DNA from: an uncultured Chloroflexia bacterium
GTDB taxonomy: Bacteria > Chloroflexota > Limnocylindria > Limnocylindrales > CSP1-4
Length of the DNA: 64,000 nucleotides
NCBI GenBank assembly: GCA_963748625.1
Contig: CAVVJT010000010.1
Span: forward strand, 896,001 to 960,000
Direction of reading: 5' to 3'
How positions within the stretch are numbered: position 1 is the stretch's first letter; the number at the start of each line of letters is the position of its first letter. Both the position numbers and the translations under genes were made by a program. The notes under the pieces are model-generated. The model was not told the origin of the DNA, made no database searches, and saw only the letters and a list, made by a program, of their open reading frames with translations. Below, piece after piece: positions 57,225 to 64,000 of the stretch.

Positions 57225-58033
57225 GCGGAACAGGGCGGTTCGAGGGCCGGTCGATCCTGGTCACCGGGTCCACGGGCATGGCCGCCTCGGCGGCGCGGGC
57301 GATCGCGGGCGAGGGCGGTTTCGTGTTTCTCGTCTCACGGACTGCCGCCCACCTCGAGGAGCTGGCGGCGGGGATCCAGGCGGCGGGCGGGCAGTGCGCA
57401 TGGGCTGCTGCTGACCTGCGCTCCGAGTCGGCGGTGGAGGCGGCATTCGCGGCATTCGACGCAGTTGCTCCGCGCTTGGACGGGACCTACAGCGTGGCCG
57501 GCATCTCGGGGCGGCGATTCGGCGACGGTCCGCTGCACGAGGCGACGCTCGAGGGCTGGGAGACCGTCATGGGCGCGAACGCCACCTCCCAGTTCCTGGT
57601 CGCCCGGGCGGCGTTACGACGGATGCTGGGCCAGGAGCCCGACGACGCGGACTCGCGGGGTGCGCTCGTCCTGATGTCGTCCACGCTGGCGACTCACCCG
57701 GCGCCGGAGTTCTTCGCCACCCACGCCTACGCCGCCTCGAAGGGCGCGATCGACGGGCTGACCCGCGCGCTCGCCGCGTACTACGCGCCCAACGGCATCC
57801 GGGTCAACGCGGTGGCGCCCTCACTGGTCGCGACGCCCATGAGCCGGCGCGCGCAGGAGGACCCGGCGATCCTGCGCTACCTCGCTGCGAAGCAGCCCCT
57901 CGCCGGCGGCCCGATCACGGCCGACGCGGTCACGGCGACGGCCCTGCACCTGCTGTCCGATGCTTCAACGATGGTCACCGGGCAGGTGATCGCGGTGGAC
58001 GGCGGCTGGTCGGTGAGCGAGCCGTCGGCCTGA
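57221..58033 (+). CDS. Short-chain dehydrogenase/reductase
   Basis: LVTGSTGMA, MSS, YAASKG, GIRVNAVAP, TGQVIAVDGG. Confidence 0.9.
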   Translation: MSGTGRFEGRSILVTGSTGMAASAARAIAGEGGFVFLVSRTAAHLEELAAGIQAAGGQCAWAAADLRSESAVEAAFAAFDAVAPRLDGTYSVAGISGRRFGDGPLHEATLEGWETVMGANATSQFLVARAALRRMLGQEPDDADSRGALVLMSSTLATHPAPEFFATHAYAASKGAIDGLTRALAAYYAPNGIRVNAVAPSLVATPMSRRAQEDPAILRYLAAKQPLAGGPITADAVTATALHLLSDASTMVTGQVIAVDGGWSVSEPSA

Positions 58034-58043
58034 CTGGACGAAG

Positions 58044-59039
58044 CTATCGGTCCAGCAGCAGCAGGACCTGCGTCCGCGTCGGCAGGTCGCGTGCGCCGCC
58101 CTCGCGGGTCACCTTGAGCGCGCCAAGTGCGTTCCCCCACCGCAGCGCCTCGGCGAGCGGCAGCCCTTCGACCATCGCCGTGATGAACCCTGCGTCGAAC
58201 GCATCGCCCGCGCCGACGGGGTTGCGCAGCGTGACGGCGAACCCGGGGCCGCGGACCAGCCGCCCGGTGGCGGTTGCGGCCACCGCGCCACCCGCGCCCA
58301 GGCGCGCCACCACCGTCCGCGAGCCGCCCGCCAGCGCGAGGGCCGCCGTCTCCACCGAGCCCACGTCGTGCTCGCGGGCGCGGGCCAACGGCACGATCTC
58401 CTCGGGCCCGCTCCCGAACACCACGTCGGCAAGGTCCACTGCGGCTGCGACGACCGCCTCGACCTCCCGCGGCAGGCCCCACAGCTCGAGGCGCAGGTTC
58501 AGGTCCAGCGACACCGGCACCCCGGCCGCACGCGCGATCCGCATGCCCTCGAGGACGGCCGACGCCACCGGCTCATGCCGCAGGCACATCCCGGTCGTGT
58601 GCATCCAGGCGGCGCCCGCGAGCAGCCCGGCATCGAGGTGGGCCGGGGAGAACCGGGCGAGCGCCCCCATGTCGAGCGGCCAGACCACGAGATGGCGGCC
58701 GCCGTCGGGCTCCAGCATCGCGATCACCTGGCAGGTCGGATCGTCGGCAAGGATGACAAGGCCGGCCATGTCCACACCCGTCGCCCGCAGGTCGGCCGCC
58801 ACGAACCGCCCGAACCCGTCATCGCCGACAGCCCCGTGGAACACCACCGGCACCCCGAGCTTCGCCAGCGCCGCCGCCGTATTGCCGGCCGTTCCGCCAC
58901 CGGTCAGCCGCGGCTCACCAGCCGCCCCGCCCGCGGCGCCATCCGGACCAGACCGCCCACGCTCCGGGAGCTGGATCGTCAGGTCGGCGTTGACGTCGCC
59001 CAGCACGACGACCGGACGCCCGGCAGACGCGTCGGCCAC
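58044..59039 (-). CDS. PfkB family carbohydrate kinase
   Basis: GGTAGNTA..LAKLG, VGDDGFG, DLNLR, NPVGAGDAFDAG. Confidence 0.9.
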   Translation of the reverse strand: MADASAGRPVVVLGDVNADLTIQLPERGRSGPDGAAGGAAGEPRLTGGGTAGNTAAALAKLGVPVVFHGAVGDDGFGRFVAADLRATGVDMAGLVILADDPTCQVIAMLEPDGGRHLVVWPLDMGALARFSPAHLDAGLLAGAAWMHTTGMCLRHEPVASAVLEGMRIARAAGVPVSLDLNLRLELWGLPREVEAVVAAAVDLADVVFGSGPEEIVPLARAREHDVGSVETAALALAGGSRTVVARLGAGGAVAATATGRLVRGPGFAVTLRNPVGAGDAFDAGFITAMVEGLPLAEALRWGNALGALKVTREGGARDLPTRTQVLLLLDR

Positions 59040-59042
59040 CCG

Positions 59043-59708
59043 TCACCCGGCCTTCGCGGCTGCCGCGAAGGCGGCGACCCGCTCGAGGTCCTTGCGGAAG
59101 CCGCCACCCTCGATCGACCGGTTCGTGTGCGTGAGCGAGTCCACGCCCCACGGCCTCACCGCCCTGATCGCCTCTGCCACGTTCTCGGGCGACAGCCCGC
59201 CGGCCAGGATCACCGGCACTCGCACCGCCTCCACGATCCGCCGGCTCACGGACCAGTCGTGTGTGGCCCCGCTCGCCCCGACGCCCGGGATGTCGGGCGC
59301 CTGGGTGTCGAGGATCAGGTAGTCCGCGACGTCGGCGTACGCGCGAGCCTCCGCGATGCTCTCGGGTCCGGTCACCGAGACCGCCTGCATGATCGGGACC
59401 CCCGGCGCCCGGCCGCGAAGGGCAGCCACCAGCTCCGGCGTGACATCGGCGGCGAGCGGGCACAGGTGCAGGATCGCGGGCCGCACCACGCGCACCATCT
59501 CGACCACCCAGTCCGGGTCCATCGAGACCGTGAGCGCCACCACGCGGGCGCGGTCGCCCACAGCATGCACGATCTCGGCCATCGCCTCGAGTGACGGCAG
59601 CTCCCCGGGCAGGCCCTGGGGCGGCGTGATGCCCACGTGATCAGCGCCGGCGTCGATGCACGCGAGCGCCTCCTCGACCGACTGCATCGTGTAGAACTGG
59701 ACGATCAC
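59043..59708 (-). CDS. Divergent phosphoribosylanthranilate isomerase (TrpF)-like protein
   Basis: GADHVG, ILDT, GASGATHDW, VILAGGLSPENVAEAI..VRPWGVDS, KD; lacks the N-terminal KICG. Confidence 0.82.
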   Translation of the reverse strand: MIVQFYTMQSVEEALACIDAGADHVGITPPQGLPGELPSLEAMAEIVHAVGDRARVVALTVSMDPDWVVEMVRVVRPAILHLCPLAADVTPELVAALRGRAPGVPIMQAVSVTGPESIAEARAYADVADYLILDTQAPDIPGVGASGATHDWSVSRRIVEAVRVPVILAGGLSPENVAEAIRAVRPWGVDSLTHTNRSIEGGGFRKDLERVAAFAAAAKAG

Positions 59709-59769
59709 TCCGCGACCTCCCCGCTGCCGGCCTGCAGTGCGGCCCCGACCACAACGCGGCCCGACCCCA

Positions 59770-60903
59770 TCAGTGCGGCCCGCCGACCCAGCCGCGGCCG
59801 CGGGTCACCCGCAGCACGTGCAGGTCGTCATCGAGCTCGACCAGGTGCGCCCGCATCCCCACCGCCAGGTGCCCGCGATCCGTCGCGCCCAGCAGCGCGG
59901 CCGGGTTCGCGGAGGCCGCTGCAACGGCAAACGGCAACGGCACTCCCGAGGCGACCAGGTTGCGCACGGCGCTGTCGAGCGCGATCACGGAGCCCGCCAG
60001 CGTGGTGGTCCCAAGGAGCGTCGCCCGCCCGTCGTGCACCTCCACCTCGAGGCCGCCCACCACGCCCCGACCCTCGCGGGTGCCGGCCATCGGCAATGCG
60101 TCGGAGACCAGGATCAGGCGGTCCGCGGGCTTGGTCCGGCGGATGATCGGCCAGAGCGCCGGGTGGACATGGTTGCCATCGGCGATGAGCTCCACGTAGG
60201 CGCCATCGTCCGTGAGGGCAGCCACCGCCAGCCCCGGCAGCCGGTGGTCCACGCCGCTCATCGCGTTGAACAGGTGCGTGGTCGTTCGGCCTCCGGCCGC
60301 ATAGCCCGCGCGCGCCTCCTCCAGCGTCGCGTTCGAATGCCCGATGGAGGCGGCAACACCGAGCGCCGTCAACCGCTCGATCAGCTCGAGGGCGCCCGGC
60401 AGCTCCGGCGCGATGGTGATGATGCGCAACCCGTCCAAGGCGGCGTCGAGCACCGAAGCCGGCAGCTCGGCGGGCGTCCGCAGCAGGGCCGCCGAGTGGG
60501 CGCCCTTGCGGGCCGGGGCGATGAACGGCCCCTCCAGGTTGAAGCCCAGCGGCTCCGCCCCCCCGGACGGGTTCGTCCCCATCCAGGCCCGGACCCGCTG
60601 GGCGAACAGCGGGATCTCGGCCTGCGGGAGCGTGGGGGCGGTCGGCAGGAACGAGGTCACGCCGCGCTTGAGCAGCGCATGGGCCATGCCGGTGAGCGCG
60701 TTCGCGTCGCCCGTGGCGTCGTGACCGCCCCAGCCGTGGACGTGGACGTCGATGAAGCCCGGCGCGATGTACGGCCAGGATGCCGCCTGGCGGTTGTCGG
60801 GCTCCCGGACGACCGCGGTGATGAACCCGTCCTCGACCGTGAGGTGGCCGGGGACGATCCCGTCGTCGAGGACGAGCCGGCCCTCGACCAGCTGCTCAGG
60901 CAC
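59770..60903 (-). CDS. nagA: N-acetylglucosamine-6-phosphate deacetylase
   Basis: PGFIDVHVHG, NLEGPF, KGAH, GHSNA, THLFNAM, DGNHVHP, VSDA, LAGS. Confidence 0.9.
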   Translation of the reverse strand: MPEQLVEGRLVLDDGIVPGHLTVEDGFITAVVREPDNRQAASWPYIAPGFIDVHVHGWGGHDATGDANALTGMAHALLKRGVTSFLPTAPTLPQAEIPLFAQRVRAWMGTNPSGGAEPLGFNLEGPFIAPARKGAHSAALLRTPAELPASVLDAALDGLRIITIAPELPGALELIERLTALGVAASIGHSNATLEEARAGYAAGGRTTTHLFNAMSGVDHRLPGLAVAALTDDGAYVELIADGNHVHPALWPIIRRTKPADRLILVSDALPMAGTREGRGVVGGLEVEVHDGRATLLGTTTLAGSVIALDSAVRNLVASGVPLPFAVAAASANPAALLGATDRGHLAVGMRAHLVELDDDLHVLRVTRGRGWVGGPH

Positions 60904-62047
60904 CGTTCGCCTCCCGGAGCGCCGCACGCATCGCCAGCAGGTTCTCCGCCGGCACATTGGGCTGCACGTTGTGGACGGACGCGAAGACGAAGCCGCCGTC
61001 GCCACGCAGGTCGCCGACGCGGCGCAGCACCTCGTCCCGGACCTGGGCCGGCGTCCCGGAGCCCAGGACCCGCTGGGTATCGACGCCACCGCCCCAGAAG
61101 ACGATGTCGCGGCCGAACTCGCGCTTGAGCTCGGCGGTGTCCATGTTGGCGGCGGAGACCTGCACGGGATTGAGGATATCCACCCCGATCTCGACCAGGT
61201 CCGGGATCAGCTCCCGCACGGCGCCGCAGGTATGGAAGAAGACCTTGGCGTCCGTGTGGGCGTGGAGCCAGGTGAACAGCTCGCGGTGGAGCGGCTTCAC
61301 GAGCTCGCGGTACGTGCGCGGCGAGAACAGCGTGCGCTCCTGCCCGCCGAGATCGTCGGCTTCGACCAGGACGTCCGCCCAGGGCCCGACCTCCGCCAGG
61401 GCCCGCTCCCAGTACGCGATCTTGATCTCAAGGATCTGCTCCATGATCCGCCGCGCGAGGTCCGGCTCCGCGGCGAGGTCCATGTACCCCTCCTCGAAGC
61501 CGCGCAGCTTGAACAGGCCCTCGGTGAGGCCGCCGCAGATCGATCCGATGGCGACCGCGCGCTGCTCCTCCTCCGCGAACCGGCGGGCCTCGTCGGCCAT
61601 GCCGGCGTAGCGGGCGGGGTCGGTCGCATCCGGCCAGGCGTAGGCCTCGACATCGGCCAGCGTGCGCTCGCCCGCCAGGGGCGGCGCCCAGGCGTCGTAG
61701 TAGAGCGGGTTCGCCAGCGGCATCCGCCGGCCCACGCCCCACTCGTCCACGTACGAGCGGTGCTCCGCGTCCTCGGTGATCACGCGCGTGTACCCGGACC
61801 CGCCACGCGGGCTCACCAGCCGCACGTCGCACTCGAGCGCGTCGAGCACGTCGGGCTCCACGTCGGCGAGCTGCTGGGTGATGTCCACCACGCGGGCGTC
61901 GCGGGCCTCGAGGCCCAGCGCGGGGCGGAGGCGCTCATAGGCGCGGGCGTGGATGCCGGTGACCCGGGTGCCGCCCAGGTCGTAGGGGATCCGATCGGGC
62001 TCGACGTGGGCGAGCGCCGCCCGGACGCGGTCGCGAGAGGTGGTCAC
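60896..62047 (-). CDS. Uroporphyrinogen decarboxylase / MtaA-CmuA family protein
   Basis: MTSRDRV..AL.H.EPDRIP.DLG, DEWG, LRGFE, ADDLG.Q, FHTCG, LNPVQ, FWGGGVDTQ, HNVQ..VP.EN. Confidence 0.88.
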   Translation of the reverse strand: MTTSRDRVRAALAHVEPDRIPYDLGGTRVTGIHARAYERLRPALGLEARDARVVDITQQLADVEPDVLDALECDVRLVSPRGGSGYTRVITEDAEHRSYVDEWGVGRRMPLANPLYYDAWAPPLAGERTLADVEAYAWPDATDPARYAGMADEARRFAEEEQRAVAIGSICGGLTEGLFKLRGFEEGYMDLAAEPDLARRIMEQILEIKIAYWERALAEVGPWADVLVEADDLGGQERTLFSPRTYRELVKPLHRELFTWLHAHTDAKVFFHTCGAVRELIPDLVEIGVDILNPVQVSAANMDTAELKREFGRDIVFWGGGVDTQRVLGSGTPAQVRDEVLRRVGDLRGDGGFVFASVHNVQPNVPAENLLAMRAALREANGA

Positions 62048-62083
62048 GGTCAGCGGGTCTCCAGGGTCATCGGTGGTCCGGCG

Positions 62084-62178
62084 CGGTCGGCGGCGTCACG
62101 GTCGGCGGCGTCACGGTCGGCGGCGTCACGGTCGGCGGCGTCACGGTCGGCGGCGTCACGGTCGGCGGCGTCACGGTC
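62084..62178. repeat. Perfect 15-bp tandem repeat (CGGTCGGCGGCGTCA) x6
   Basis: Units start at 62084, 62099, 62114, 62129, 62144 and 62159, plus a partial unit; abuts the GNAT stop codon. Confidence 0.92.
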
Positions 62179-63058
62179 AGTAGCCCACCGACGGCATCCA
62201 GGCGCCCTCGGGCTCCTGGTAGATCCCGATGGTCATCAGGTTGGTCACGAAGAACACCCGCAGCCCCTGCTCGAGGCACCAGCGGAACAGGTCGTTGTTG
62301 TCGAGCGGGACCAGGAACCCGGGCGTCCCGAAGTCCGCAGACTCGCAGATCAGCGCACGCAGGTCGTCGTTGGTCTCGGCCACCGAGTGGGCGAAGTAGT
62401 TGATCCTCGTCGTGTACCCGGTGATCCGGCCCAGGCGCTCCACGACCCGCGCCTCGCCCGCCTCGATCGCCTCGCCAACCTCCACCGAGCGCGCGTGACC
62501 GTGCACCCGCAGGCACAGCGAGTTCATCGCGTACTCGTCGTCGATGATGGCCGGGCGCACCTTGTAGCCGGGCATCTCGCGCTGGATCGGCGTCCCGTGC
62601 ATGGCGGCGAAGGAGTTGCGGACCTCGAAGCCGAGCTTCGCGTACAGGCTCAGCGAGCGGTTGTGGTACGCGATCTGGACCAGGCGCACGCCGGCCGCGC
62701 CGCGCTCGTGGAAGCGTGCGAGCATCGCCTCCATGAGCTTGCGCCCGATATGGTGGTCCTGGGCGTCCGGATCCACGCTCACAGGGCCGATGGCGAAGAT
62801 GGGGCCGCGCTCGTCGAGGAACGACGAGCCGACGACCCGGCCGCCGGACTCCGCCACCACGCCGTAGACCTTGGGGTGGTTGATGAGCCAGCGGATCGGC
62901 TGGGAGGCGGCCTCCACCGTGGGGAAGTCGTGTGGGAAGCCGTGCTGGTCCGCGATTGTCGAGAAGGCCTCGTAGCAGATGCGGCCGGCATCCTCCCAGT
63001 CGGCATCGACGGCCTCGCGGATGACCACGCCCGATGACGCGGGCGCCAGCGTGTCCAT
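62177..63058 (-). CDS. GNAT family N-acetyltransferase
   Basis: IGPVSVDPDAQDHHIGRKLM, SLSLYAKLGF; GGAGGAG RBS. Confidence 0.88.
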   Translation of the reverse strand: MDTLAPASSGVVIREAVDADWEDAGRICYEAFSTIADQHGFPHDFPTVEAASQPIRWLINHPKVYGVVAESGGRVVGSSFLDERGPIFAIGPVSVDPDAQDHHIGRKLMEAMLARFHERGAAGVRLVQIAYHNRSLSLYAKLGFEVRNSFAAMHGTPIQREMPGYKVRPAIIDDEYAMNSLCLRVHGHARSVEVGEAIEAGEARVVERLGRITGYTTRINYFAHSVAETNDDLRALICESADFGTPGFLVPLDNNDLFRWCLEQGLRVFFVTNLMTIGIYQEPEGAWMPSVGY

Positions 63059-63075
63059 GCGATCTCCTCCCGGTC

Positions 63076-63957
63076 CTAGCCGGCAGCGGTTGCGGGCGTG
63101 TAGTAGCGGCGGTACTCGCCCGGCGACATGGCGCACGAGCGGTAGAACACCTTGTAGAACTGGTTGAGGTTGGTGTAGCTCACAGCCCGCGCGACCTCGG
63201 CCACGGACAGGTCCGTCGCGAGCAGCAGCCGCTTGGCCTCCCCGACCCGGACCTGCGTCACATATTCCTTGAACGACACGCCCGTCACGTCCTTGAACAC
63301 GTGGCGGACGCGGGACGGGCTGACGTGGACCAGGTCGGCGACGTCCTCGAGCGTGATCTGCTCACGGTGGTAGCGGTCCACGTAGGCGAGGACCGGGCGG
63401 ATCTGCTCACGGCGGTCGGCGGCCGCGCGGATGGCGCCGGGCGTGGCGCGGGCGGCCGGATCGCGGTTCACGAGGGCGATCGCTGTCCGCAGGGTGGCGT
63501 CGGCAAGGAAGCGCTCCGCGGGGTCTGCGCGGAGGTGGATGTCGCGCAGGCGGTGCAGGAGCGGCGCGATCTCATCGGCGAGGGGGGTGCCGCCACGCAC
63601 CCGGGGTGAGGCCGTCCGCTCGTCCCAGCGGAACGGCGCGAGGTAGCCCTGGTCCAGTGGGCGGCAGCCGGGCCCGGCCAGGAGCTCCGGACGGAACAGC
63701 ACCAGCAGCAGGCGCAGCGGCCAGCCGGGGTCCGCGAGGGCCACGTGGGGCTGGCTGTTGTCGATGAAGAAGACATCGCCGGGCTCCGCACGCAGCGCCC
63801 GCTTGCCGAACATGAACTCGCCCGCGCCGTCGAGCACCAGCGCCACCTCGAAATGGTCGTGCCAGTGCATCGGATCCCCATCGCCCAGGGCGGTGTACTC
63901 GATCACCGCGAGCGGGAAGTCCGGGTCCATGTCCTGCTGCCAGACGTAGACGGCCAT
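63076..63957 (-). CDS. AraC family transcriptional regulator with cupin sensor domain
   Basis: MHWHDHFE...PH cupin; TLEDVA..VHVS..R..FK..TG, VAEVARAVSYTNLNQFYKVF..SPGEYR. Confidence 0.92.
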   Translation of the reverse strand: MAVYVWQQDMDPDFPLAVIEYTALGDGDPMHWHDHFEVALVLDGAGEFMFGKRALRAEPGDVFFIDNSQPHVALADPGWPLRLLLVLFRPELLAGPGCRPLDQGYLAPFRWDERTASPRVRGGTPLADEIAPLLHRLRDIHLRADPAERFLADATLRTAIALVNRDPAARATPGAIRAAADRREQIRPVLAYVDRYHREQITLEDVADLVHVSPSRVRHVFKDVTGVSFKEYVTQVRVGEAKRLLLATDLSVAEVARAVSYTNLNQFYKVFYRSCAMSPGEYRRYYTPATAAG

Positions 63958-64000
63958 GGCGCGCACCGTGCCAGCGCGCAGCCGCAACGGACAGGGCCGT

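Noticed and set aside
62084-62178. Repeat array as CRISPR
   Set aside because: Head-to-tail 15-mers with no spacers and no cas genes.

Overview
Very GC-rich bacterial chromosomal DNA. The gene content (glgC/pgm, hypFCDE, class II nrdJ with NrdR boxes, many apparently leaderless genes) is compatible with a soil or freshwater Chloroflexota or Actinomycetota; this lineage call is inference only. About 60 genes are recognisable. At least 11 are broken by single-base indels, concentrated at 21-35 kb, which most likely reflect unpolished assembly errors. Main blocks in order: FAD/Fe-S oxidoreductase, pirin, pgm, orphan sugar ABC ATPase, pncB, a YbjN-like gene coupled to two paralogous membrane-anchored HEXXH metallopeptidases, glgC, an M23 hydrolase, betA with DUF1638 and proVWX, a His-rich A24 peptidase, pepA, add, an orphan ccsA, nrdJ with a complex upstream region, ung, vapBC, hypFCDE, and a convergent 9-gene AraC-associated catabolic cluster. 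That cluster comprises GNAT, UroD/MtaA-like, NagA, divergent TrpF-like and PfkB genes facing PTE-like, FAD oxidoreductase and SDR genes. Best candidates for undescribed biology: the catabolic cluster; the nrdJ control region (five DnaA-box-like motifs at 21-22 bp period, two NrdR boxes and a ~290-nt leader with alternative pairings); the YbjN/twin-peptidase operon; and a rod-shaped RNA candidate upstream of glgC. No rRNA, tRNA, CRISPR array or intact transposase was seen.
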